Shown piece by piece: positions 9,805 through 17,702 of a stretch of DNA of 64,000 nt. Below the pieces are notes generated by a model. The model made no database searches and was not told where the DNA came from. It was given only the letters and a program-made list of their open reading frames with translations. Each line of letters starts with the position of its first letter. Position 1 is the first letter of the stretch. A program made the translations under genes and the position numbers. The DNA is from Candidatus Brocadiia bacterium (lineage in GTDB: Bacteria > Planctomycetota > Brocadiia > CAIUPP01): assembly GCA_050015075.1 (NCBI GenBank), contig JBEKCB010000020.1, positions 25,410 through 89,409 on the forward strand, read 5' to 3'.

Positions 9805-11802
9805 TTAGGGCGCGCCGCGGCGAAAACGAATCGAACGGAGCGCGTCGCGCTGGAGGGAAACCGAGCCGAACAGGTCCGACTGGCCGGTGAGCCGGTCATC
9901 GGCCAGCACGCAGGAATGCAGCGTGAAATTGCCCTGCGTGGTCTGCACGGTGGCTTCCGCCGGCAGCGCGGACGGCGCCGCGGCCCGGCGAGGGAAGCGG
10001 ACCAGTTGCACGCGTTTCAACTCCGGCTCGATATTGCCGAAGTCGGTGACGATGGTGAACTTGCCCTCCGCGAAAGTCACCGACTTCGCGGAGATCGTGT
10101 CGCCGTTGAGCAGCATCACCTGGACGGAATCCATCGCGGCGGGCAGCGCCTTGCGCGGCAGCACCAGGCCGGGCTCCGCGCGGAGATGCCTGACGGCCAG
10201 GGGCGTGTTCGCGACGAACAGCACGTATCGCCCGGTCTTCGGGCCGACGGTGAACCGGTACTGGCCCGCCAGCGTGTCGCCCAGGTTCGGCACGTCGCTC
10301 ACCCACGGCTGAATCGTGCCCTCCTTCGGATCGTATTGAAGCTGGAACTGAATGCGGGGCTTCGACACCAACTGGTTGCCGGTTCCCCAACTGCCCAGGT
10401 TCTGGACGCCCGCTTCCGGCGTCACCGCGGCGCAGCCGCTGTCGTTGCTCTTCAAATGAAACATGACGCCGTTGTGCATGTTCTGAAGGTCCGCCCGGTC
10501 GCTGTAGACGAATATCTCGCAGTCGAGCCAAGTCCCCGCCTGCGGCAATTCGATGTCGGCGAAGAAGGTGATCGGCCCGCTCTGATCCAGCGGGACCGCG
10601 AGTATGCCGGGCACGACTTGTCCCTGCGAGCCGGCCGTCAACGTGGCCTTGCCGTCGGCGAGGGTCCAGTTGCCCTGGACGGCCATCCACGGCTCCAGGG
10701 TGCCCCATTCGAACCCCGTGTCCACGAAGTTGGCCGAGGAGCTGTCCATCAAGATTTCCGTCAGCGACGAGGTGGGCGCCGTCAGCGTCCCGATCTCCGG
10801 GTTCGCGATGACGGTCTGGTCCGCGGTGATGGACTGGACCTGTCCGAGGACGAAGTCGCCGTTGTTCATGACGACGCGCGGGCCGGCTTTCTCTTCGCGG
10901 GCCGGCGCGAACTCGACGTGCGAGACCACGGAGGTGGCCAGGCTCACGTCGCCGCCGAACTGGGGCCCGTTGAGGTGCAGCCAGCCGTCCGCGCTGATGC
11001 CGAGCACCGCGCCGGTGAAGCGATCGCCCTGGAGAGTCTGCACCGTGTCGCGCCAGTCCTCGACGGCGAGCGAATACGTGCGCGCCGCCGGCGGCGGCGC
11101 GCCCGCCAGCTTGAAGACGCCGAACGCGGCGGTGTCGTGGTCGAAAGCGTCCGTCTGCGGCGTCCAGGTGTAATTGGCCGGTTTGGCCGGCGGGTCGGCC
11201 CAGCGGACGCGGCCGATGTTGCCGAGGAAGACGACGCCTTCGTGCGGGTCGAGCTTCAGCGCGGCCAGCGGCAGGGCCATCTCCAATTCCCACGAGGACT
11301 TGCCGCGGCGGCAGGCGGAAATCCACATACTGCCCTTGCTGATCGCCTGCGTCGCGGTTTCCTTCTTCGCCTGGTAAGACAGGTCTATTTTCTTGTTGAG
11401 CGAATTGACGGCGAACTGGGCATAGTCGTCGCGCTGCTTCTCGGGGGCGAGGAAGATCTCGACGTGATCGTCGTGGAGCAGGTCCTTGCTGCCGTCGTCC
11501 GCCTTCGCAACCAGGCGGTCCATCGCCGAGTCGGTGCAGCGCACGGCCAGGTAGAGGGACGCGTCATCCCACACCATCGCGAACTGCGTCTGCGACGGCT
11601 CGCCGACCTCGCCGCCGCCGAGCAGCGTAAAGCCCGTCTGCCAGGGCACGGCGCGCCAGCATTCGTCGTCCAGGCGCCCGTCAATCTTCGGAGGAGTCTG
11701 CGCGCGATAAACCGTGTACGTCCGTGGCTCCGCCCAGGCGGCGGCCGCCAGGACCGCCGAACAGAGGATCGCCAGCAATGGGGTGGGAATCCGGTTTCTC
11801 AT
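9805..11802 (-). CDS. Secreted protein with N-terminal CBM9-like (DOMON) domain and repeated NGD-type beta modules
   Basis: Signal peptide from ATG 11802; PPKIDGRLDDECW, WDDASLYLAVRC, DDHVEIFL, WELEMALPL; paralog at 28069-30003. Confidence 0.75.
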   Translation of the reverse strand: MRNRIPTPLLAILCSAVLAAAAWAEPRTYTVYRAQTPPKIDGRLDDECWRAVPWQTGFTLLGGGEVGEPSQTQFAMVWDDASLYLAVRCTDSAMDRLVAKADDGSKDLLHDDHVEIFLAPEKQRDDYAQFAVNSLNKKIDLSYQAKKETATQAISKGSMWISACRRGKSSWELEMALPLAALKLDPHEGVVFLGNIGRVRWADPPAKPANYTWTPQTDAFDHDTAAFGVFKLAGAPPPAARTYSLAVEDWRDTVQTLQGDRFTGAVLGISADGWLHLNGPQFGGDVSLATSVVSHVEFAPAREEKAGPRVVMNNGDFVLGQVQSITADQTVIANPEIGTLTAPTSSLTEILMDSSSANFVDTGFEWGTLEPWMAVQGNWTLADGKATLTAGSQGQVVPGILAVPLDQSGPITFFADIELPQAGTWLDCEIFVYSDRADLQNMHNGVMFHLKSNDSGCAAVTPEAGVQNLGSWGTGNQLVSKPRIQFQLQYDPKEGTIQPWVSDVPNLGDTLAGQYRFTVGPKTGRYVLFVANTPLAVRHLRAEPGLVLPRKALPAAMDSVQVMLLNGDTISAKSVTFAEGKFTIVTDFGNIEPELKRVQLVRFPRRAAAPSALPAEATVQTTQGNFTLHSCVLADDRLTGQSDLFGSVSLQRDALRSIRFRRGAP

Positions 11803-11926
11803 CAGCTGGCGCTCCATGAGAGGCTCGACCACGCTCGCGGCCCTGAGCTGCATCCCAGGGCGCGCGACCGCATGCCGTCCAGAGCGCCGTGCGCGCCGGC
11901 GGCCGGCGTTGCGCGGAAAACAATTC

Positions 11927-11956
11927 ATGTTATTCTTTTTCAGGAGATACTGTCAA
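11927..11956 (-). promoter_or_regulatory. Sigma70-type promoter TTGACA-N18-TAACAT for the leftward operon
   Basis: Minus strand reads TTGACAgtatctcctgaaaaagaaTAACAT in an AT-rich patch. Confidence 0.6.
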
Positions 11957-12046
11957 CTCTTCTTTAATTGGACGCATGCGCGGAGAATCGGTTCCGGCCG
12001 GACCCGATCCGCGCGATCTCCGGCACTTTTCCCCAAGGGGAAATTA

Positions 12047-12074
12047 ATGTTACGCTTTCTGTCGGAACTGTCAA
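12047..12074 (-). promoter_or_regulatory. Second sigma70-type promoter TTGACA-N16-TAACAT
   Basis: Minus strand reads TTGACAgttccgacagaaagcgTAACAT. Confidence 0.55.
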
Positions 12075-12091
12075 TTCTTTGCGGGCGACCG

Positions 12092-13294
12092 ATGATGGAC
12101 AACCGGCGAGGGACGACCGACGATGGACGATGGACGATCGCCCGGCATCTGCCATCGTCCATCGTCCATCGTCTATCGTCCATCGTCATCTGTGGCGCGC
12201 TAGCGCTGTCGGCGCAGCCGGGCTTCGGCGGCGACGAGCCGATGCCGGGGCTCGACCTTTCGACGAAGAAGGACGCGCTCCGCGCTGTGGACCAGGGCAT
12301 TCAATGGCTGAAGGCCCGCCAGAACGCCGACGGCTCCTGGCCGCCGTCGCCGCAGCCGGCCGTATCCGCCTTTGCGACGCGCGCCATCCTTCGGGACCCC
12401 GCGCGCGAGCGGGGGAAGCTGGACGCGAGCGCCGCCAAAGGGCTAGAATTCATCGCCTCCTGCGCGCAGAAGGACGGCGGCATTTACCGCGATTCAGCGT
12501 CGCGCACCTGCAGCACGACCGCGTCGGTGCTCGCGTTGGCCGGCTCGCGGCAGGACCGTTATGAGCCGCTGATCCTCGCCGCGCGCCGCTTCCTGGTGCG
12601 CGGGCAGAACCGGCGCGAGAATTCCGAACAATTCGGCGGCTGGGCGGACAGCGATCCACCTGCGGACATGAGGATGACCGCCCTCGCGATCGAGGCGCTG
12701 GCGGCGACCCAGCGCCTCTCAACCGCCGACGCCGAGAAGAACCATTCCGCCCCCGCCGATCCGGACTGGACCGCGGCCGTTGCTTTTCTCGACCGCTGCC
12801 AGAACCTGCCGACAGCTTACAGCGGGCGCCCGCAGGACCTCGGCGGTTTTTTCAACGAGCCGGATAAGGCGGGGCCTCTGACGCCGCGGCTTTCCGAAGG
12901 CAGCGCCACCGCGCTCGGGCTGGCCGCGCTGCTCGAATCCAACGTCGCCCGCAGCGATCCGCGCGTGGTCGGGGCGGTGGACTGGATCCGCTCGAACTAC
13001 ACGCTCGACACGCCGGCCGGCGGCCCGGGCAAGCAGGGACTCTGCTTCTATTATTACTCCCTCGCCGGCGCGCTCAGCCTCTACGGCGAAGAGCCGCTCC
13101 TGCGCCCCGAAAAGCGCGCCGCTGACTGGCGCCGCGAACTGATGATCCGGTTGATCTCCCTGCAGCGCACCGACTCGCAGGGACTCGGTTATTGGGTGAA
13201 TGGCCGGGGCGAAGGCGCCGAGAAGGACCCCGTCCTCGTCACGGCTTGGTGCGTCCTGACCCTTGAAACTCTGGCGGACGAGCCGCAGTATTAG
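12092..13294 (+). CDS. Prenyltransferase/squalene oxidase repeat (alpha-alpha barrel) secreted protein
   Basis: QW-like motifs WLKARQNADGSW, CAQKDGGI, RCQN...DLGGFF, FYYYSLA; start codon uncertain (12092/12095). Confidence 0.85.
   Translation: MMDNRRGTTDDGRWTIARHLPSSIVHRLSSIVICGALALSAQPGFGGDEPMPGLDLSTKKDALRAVDQGIQWLKARQNADGSWPPSPQPAVSAFATRAILRDPARERGKLDASAAKGLEFIASCAQKDGGIYRDSASRTCSTTASVLALAGSRQDRYEPLILAARRFLVRGQNRRENSEQFGGWADSDPPADMRMTALAIEALAATQRLSTADAEKNHSAPADPDWTAAVAFLDRCQNLPTAYSGRPQDLGGFFNEPDKAGPLTPRLSEGSATALGLAALLESNVARSDPRVVGAVDWIRSNYTLDTPAGGPGKQGLCFYYYSLAGALSLYGEEPLLRPEKRAADWRRELMIRLISLQRTDSQGLGYWVNGRGEGAEKDPVLVTAWCVLTLETLADEPQY
12112..12187. repeat. Inverted heptamer arrays (GACGATG)x4 / (CATCGTC)x5
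   Basis: Directly visible; the two arrays can pair into a hairpin. Confidence 0.85.
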
Positions 13295-13325
13295 GGCGTC
13301 CGCCCGGCATCGGAATGGAGATCGA

Positions 13326-15854
13326 ATGAAGATTTCCCGCGCAGTCGCGGTCATCGCGCAGGTCGCTCTTCTGTTCGGCTTCGCCGCGCGCTGTTCGGCC
13401 GGGCTCGGACCGGAGAACGTGGCGGTCATCATCAACGAGGACAGTTGGGCCTCCAAGGCGGTCGCCAACGAATTCATCGCCCTCTACGGCATTCCGCCGG
13501 CGAACGTGATCTACCTCAAGCGCCTGCCGGATTTCGAGCAGACGGACATCGAGTCCCTGCGCGCGCATCTGCTCAAGCCGATCATCGAGACGCTCGAACA
13601 GCGCAAGCTGGCCGCGCAGATTGACTGCGTCGCGTGGTCCTCCGACATCCCGTACATCGTGGACATCACGAAGGACTTCACCTCCGCGCCGGCGGCCACC
13701 GTCGGCACCGCCGGCTCCATCACCGGGCTGACGTATCTCTACCAGTTCGTCTTCGCCGACTCGGCCCACGCGCCGCCGGGCAGCTACACGCTTCCGGGCA
13801 ACAACCGTTATTTCCGCCGCGCTCTCGTTCCCAGGAAAGGCCCGGAGCTGACCGACGCGCAGCAGAGCCGATTGAGGGAGGCCGGCCGGCTGATTCACAG
13901 CGAGGCATGGACGGACGCCGAGGCCGTGCTTCGGCCGCTCCTGCAGGAATGTCCCGACAGCGCCCAGGCGAATTGTTATCTCGCGGTCTGCCTGGCCCAT
14001 CGCGGCGACCAGGACGCGGCCGTCGAATCGCTCCAGCGCGCGGCCGAGTGCGGCTGGGGCAACTGGCGCGCGTGGCAGGAGAACGAAGCCTTCGCCGCGC
14101 TGCAGGGCCGGAAGGAGTTCAAGGAGGCGCTCGAGAAATCCAAGGCGGTCATCGAGGACGTCGCGCCCTCGCTGGGGTTCCGCAACAGCTACGGCTGGAA
14201 CGCCAAGGGCGAACGGACCGCGTCGGAGAAGGACGTGCGATACCTGCTCTCCGTCATGCTGGCCGTCACGAGCGGGCGCGGCAACTCCGTGCCGGAGGCG
14301 CTGGACGCGCTCCGCGCCTCCGCCGGCGCCGGCGCCACGGCCCCGAAAGGCACGTTCTATTTCATGCGCAACGAGAACATCCGTTCGACCGTCCGCGACT
14401 GGCTTTTCCCCTCCGCCGTCCAGAAACTGCGCGCGATGGGCCTGGCCGCCGAACTGGAGGACGGCATCGTGCCCATGAACAAGCCCGACGTGCTCGGCGC
14501 GGTCATCGGCGCGGCCGAGTACGATTGGAAAGGCTCCGGCAGCAAAATCCTTCCGGGCGCCATCTGCGAGGATTTCACCAGCGCCGGCGGCATCCTGACC
14601 GTGGGCGGCGGCCAGACGCCGCTCACCAGCCTGATCGCCTGCGGCGCGGCCGGCTCCAGCGGCACCGTGACCGAGCCGATCGCCATCGAGGAGAAATTCC
14701 CGTCGCCGTTCCTCCACGTCCATTACGCGCGCGGCTGCACGCTGGCCGAGGCGTTCTATCAATCCGTCGGGACGCCGTACCAGCTCCTCATCGTCGGCGA
14801 CCCGCTCTGCGCGCCGTGGCGGGAACAGCCGGGCGTGGTCATCGAAGGCCTTGCCGCCGGGCAGGCGGTCAACGGGGTGTTTTCCCTGAAGCCGTCGGCC
14901 GCGCCGCTCAGCACCGTGCCCGTGCAGAGGTTCGAGTTCTACGTGGACGGCCGGTACCGCGGCCGGCTCACGCCCGGCCAGAGCGCCGGAGGCGATGCGA
15001 AGCTGATGGTCAAAGGCTATCACGAAGTGCGCGTCGTCGCGGTCACCGGCGGGCAGCTCGAGGAGCGCACCTCGACCGTCGTGCCGTTCACCGTGGACAC
15101 GTCCGGCCGGCAACTGACGATCTCCGGCCCGGAGAAGAGCGACTCGCCCTGGGATCGGCCGGTGCGCATGCAGGCCGAACTCGCCGGCGCAGCGGAGATC
15201 CTGTTCTTCCACAACCTGCGCCTGGTGGGCGTCATTCATGGAGAGAAAGGCGCGGCCGAGATTGACCCGAACTTCCTCGGCCAGGGTCCCTGCCGTATCC
15301 AGTGCATGGCCGTGGACGCCGCGAAGAAGCCGATGGCGGTGAGCGCGTTCATCGAGCTGCGCGTCGTTCCGCCCGCGCCCGCGCCGGCCGTCGCCCCGCC
15401 CGAAGGAGGATTGTCGGAGCCAGGGCTGCTGCTGACGGCGGAAGGCGGCGCTCCGGTCGCCGTCCCCGACACCGGCAGGAAGAATTGGCTCACCGGCGCC
15501 GGCGTCAAGGAAGGGCAGTCGTTCACGCTCGAAGGGTACTTCGACGCGCCCGAGGAGACCGTGTATCAATTCCAGGTCCGCGGCAACGTCGGCCCGGTGG
15601 TCGAGGTGGATGGCCGGACGATCGAAGGTCCGAAACCGGACCCCCAGCCGGCGAGCGATGGAGCCGAGCTGGTCGTCGCCGCCCAGTCGGCCGGCGGCGA
15701 CGCGTGGACCTTCCTGCCCGTCTCACTCGCGAAGGGCCTGCATCGCCTGCGCGTAACCGGCGTCGCCGCAAAAAGCCCGACGCTGGAAATCCGCTTCGGC
15801 GGCCGAGGCACGCAGTCCATCGGCGCCGACTTCAAGCACGTCAAGGGTCGCTAG
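13326..15854 (+). CDS. TIGR03790-like secreted protein with inserted TPR region and C-terminal Ig/PA14-like domains
   Basis: Signal peptide, GPENVAVIIN..S..S..VAN, GTVTEP, AEAFYQSV..PYQLLIVGDPLCAPW; GGAG RBS before ATG 13326. Confidence 0.75.
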   Translation: MKISRAVAVIAQVALLFGFAARCSAGLGPENVAVIINEDSWASKAVANEFIALYGIPPANVIYLKRLPDFEQTDIESLRAHLLKPIIETLEQRKLAAQIDCVAWSSDIPYIVDITKDFTSAPAATVGTAGSITGLTYLYQFVFADSAHAPPGSYTLPGNNRYFRRALVPRKGPELTDAQQSRLREAGRLIHSEAWTDAEAVLRPLLQECPDSAQANCYLAVCLAHRGDQDAAVESLQRAAECGWGNWRAWQENEAFAALQGRKEFKEALEKSKAVIEDVAPSLGFRNSYGWNAKGERTASEKDVRYLLSVMLAVTSGRGNSVPEALDALRASAGAGATAPKGTFYFMRNENIRSTVRDWLFPSAVQKLRAMGLAAELEDGIVPMNKPDVLGAVIGAAEYDWKGSGSKILPGAICEDFTSAGGILTVGGGQTPLTSLIACGAAGSSGTVTEPIAIEEKFPSPFLHVHYARGCTLAEAFYQSVGTPYQLLIVGDPLCAPWREQPGVVIEGLAAGQAVNGVFSLKPSAAPLSTVPVQRFEFYVDGRYRGRLTPGQSAGGDAKLMVKGYHEVRVVAVTGGQLEERTSTVVPFTVDTSGRQLTISGPEKSDSPWDRPVRMQAELAGAAEILFFHNLRLVGVIHGEKGAAEIDPNFLGQGPCRIQCMAVDAAKKPMAVSAFIELRVVPPAPAPAVAPPEGGLSEPGLLLTAEGGAPVAVPDTGRKNWLTGAGVKEGQSFTLEGYFDAPEETVYQFQVRGNVGPVVEVDGRTIEGPKPDPQPASDGAELVVAAQSAGGDAWTFLPVSLAKGLHRLRVTGVAAKSPTLEIRFGGRGTQSIGADFKHVKGR

Positions 15855-16027
15855 TGTCGTGTTCCGGAAGTAATACGGATAAGTTCAGACCGCGTCACCC
15901 TGAGTGCAGCGAAGGGTCTCATACCACAAACTGTTGCCTGCGCGCCGCGTATGAGATTCCTCGCCCTGCTCGGAATGACCGCTTATTACGGGACTTATTT
16001 GTGAAAAGCTGCGCGATCGGACGCTAG
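15851..16027. mobile_element. Possible MITE-like element bounded by CTAG, with an internal REP-like palindrome pair
   Basis: Ends CTAGTGTC...GACGCTAG, subterminal ATAAGTTC/GGACTTAT; internal GTCACCCTGAGTGCAGCGAAGGGTCTC...GAGATTCCTCGCCCTGCTCGGAATGAC. Confidence 0.45.
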
Positions 16028-16037
16028 CAGACGCTTT

Positions 16038-16082
16038 GTGATGAACGGTGAAAATCCATTCCAGATTCAGCCACTTCGATAA
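16038..16082 (+). pseudogene. 3' remnant of a DUF4160-type gene
   Basis: Encodes VMNGENPFQIQPLR*, resembling the C-terminus of DUF4160 proteins, directly upstream of DUF2442. Confidence 0.55.
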
Positions 16083-16096
16083 GGGAGGACCGGAAC

Positions 16097-16342
16097 GTGA
16101 TTCCTTCAGTTTCAGGCGTGACGCCCAACGAAGATTTCACACTCACTCTGCACTTTGACAATGGTGAGGAAGGGCTGCTTGACATGAAACCTTACCTGGA
16201 CTTCGGGGTCTTTCGAAAGATAGGAGATAGCGACAACTTCAAGCGCGTCCGGGTAGCGTTCGACACGATTGAATGGGACGCCGGAGCAGATCTTGACCCC
16301 GAGTTCGTGTACGCCAAGTGCAGGATTACATCGAAGGCTTAG
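16097..16342 (+). CDS. DUF2442 domain protein (putative antitoxin)
   Basis: GGAGG RBS, GTG start; V.P.EDFTLTLHFDNGEEG..D, FDTIEWD.GADLDPE. Confidence 0.88.
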   Translation: MIPSVSGVTPNEDFTLTLHFDNGEEGLLDMKPYLDFGVFRKIGDSDNFKRVRVAFDTIEWDAGADLDPEFVYAKCRITSKA

Positions 16343-16364
16343 CCGCCGAATCCGCCGCGATCCT

Positions 16365-16405
16365 TGCTGCGGGCCTCCGTTTATGGGTTCCGGCCGCAGC
16401 TTTTC
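16365..16405 (+). terminator. Probable intrinsic terminator
   Basis: GCTGCGGGCC...GGCCGCAGC followed by TTTT, between convergent genes. Confidence 0.45.
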
Positions 16406-16433
16406 TACCTATCCATCTTCAACTTGAAGGCGG

Positions 16434-16832
16434 TTATGGGTGTAAACGGAATGCGTTCCCGCTACAATTTGTCTTATACGCGGGTCTTCGCGGAAACGTA
16501 GTCGTCATCTGTAAAAACTTGCGATAACTCGCTCCGCCGAAGTCCCGGTTACGTATGGATAGTTCCACGCTTCCTTTGTCCAGCGTTTGTACTACCGGCC
16601 AAGCCATGTGAACATGATAGCCGTCGCAGCCGTTGTGAAGCGCCATCCCTGCAAAACACTTAGCCAAGTAAGCCAATCCCACCGAGTTGCCGAGCACCCA
16701 CACGCTGCCATTTTTCATGTCCAGGCGAACATAGACTCTTGCCCTCTTCGGCTTCTTCGGCAGTGGATTCCCAGATGGGTTCAAGTTCGCGGGCAGGCGA
16801 TACGTTAACGCTCTTGCCATTCGAGGTTTCAT
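16434..16832 (-). CDS. Imm32-like putative immunity protein
   Basis: VLGNSVGLAYLA...GYHVHM...LDKGSVELSI matches the N..GL..LA / H.H / L..GS.EL pattern of Imm32; lower GC than its surroundings. Confidence 0.55.
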   Translation of the reverse strand: MKPRMARALTYRLPANLNPSGNPLPKKPKRARVYVRLDMKNGSVWVLGNSVGLAYLAKCFAGMALHNGCDGYHVHMAWPVVQTLDKGSVELSIRNRDFGGASYRKFLQMTTTFPRRPAYKTNCSGNAFRLHP

Positions 16833-16895
16833 TGCTAATCACCTCAGGCCATCATGGAAATCCGGGGATGCACGACCTGTTGCCCACCTGTCGTC

Positions 16896-16997
16896 TCGAA
16901 CTTCGCCCGCGATGACAAAAAGCAATCTATCCGCGGGCAGCGGCGCTGTCAAAAAAATGACAACAGACGAAGATGGGGCTGTCTGTGAAGGGATGTG
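16896..16997 (-). promoter_or_regulatory. Conserved upstream element, copy A, with TTGACA-N17-TAGATT
   Basis: Aligns with 17581-17686 and 19189-19294. Confidence 0.7.
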
Positions 16998-17053
16998 CCC
17001 CGGCATGCGAGACGGGAAATGCGCCGTGCGCGCCCGGAATACGCTGCTTGCCG

Positions 17054-17518
17054 TCACTTGGACTTGGACGGGGCCGGGCTCGCGACAGTCTCAAACGCGT
17101 TTTTGCCGCAGAGCGGGCACTTGTAGATGAGTTCATATTGGTGCATCGCTTCCGCTATCGCCTCGGTGTCCGCCCGGCTCGGCCTCCCAGACGCAGTCTT
17201 CGGCCGGAGTTCGGCGGGAAGCTGGGGCAGAGGAATGGGCCGGCCGCACGACGCGCACTTCATCATGTACGTTAGTGTGTATTCGCCCGTCTTCGGGTTC
17301 TTCCAGTGACCGGACGCATCGGGCGTATATTTGGTCTGCCAGTCGCTGTTCGTCTCTCCGAAAACTTCATAGGACTTCATGTCAATCTTCTCGAACTTCT
17401 GGTCCACGTACAACGTGGGGCCGCCTGCTTCGTTCAGGATCCGCGTCACGGTGAACGCCGTTGCGACGCCGATGACGGCGATCAGCAACACGATGATCGC
17501 GATTTTCTTGCCGTTCAT
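17054..17518 (-). CDS. Hypothetical single-TM protein with two CxxC pairs (zinc ribbon-like)
   Basis: MNGKKIAIIVLLIAVIGVATAFTV TM segment; CASCG and CPLCG; AAGGA RBS. Confidence 0.75.
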   Translation of the reverse strand: MNGKKIAIIVLLIAVIGVATAFTVTRILNEAGGPTLYVDQKFEKIDMKSYEVFGETNSDWQTKYTPDASGHWKNPKTGEYTLTYMMKCASCGRPIPLPQLPAELRPKTASGRPSRADTEAIAEAMHQYELIYKCPLCGKNAFETVASPAPSKSK

Positions 17519-17580
17519 GCTTCGTTTCCTTCCATGAGTGCGCGGAGTGCGGGTATACGGTCTGTTGGCCATCCGGCCGA

Positions 17581-17686
17581 TCGAACTTCGCTCCTGCTGG
17601 CTCAACCCACTCTATCCGCCGGCAGCGGCATTGTCAAGGACGAGAGGAACGGGGCAAGGTGGAGCTGTCTGTCAAGCCGTGCGTCC
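17581..17686 (-). promoter_or_regulatory. Conserved upstream element, copy B, with TTGACA-N17-TAGAGT
   Basis: Minus strand TTGACAatgccgctgccggcggaTAGAGT; about 75% identical to copy C over 106 bp without gaps (manual count). Confidence 0.75.
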
Positions 17687-17702
17687 GCGGAAGGCCCGCG
17701 TT

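Noticed and set aside
8047-11967. 1306-aa plus-strand ORF (similarly 40046-43627, 48710-51403, 13239-15569)
   Set aside because: Antisense to well-supported genes, with no motifs of their own
12092-13294. Squalene-hopene cyclase call
   Set aside because: Single barrel of about 400 aa with a signal peptide and no DxDD catalytic motif
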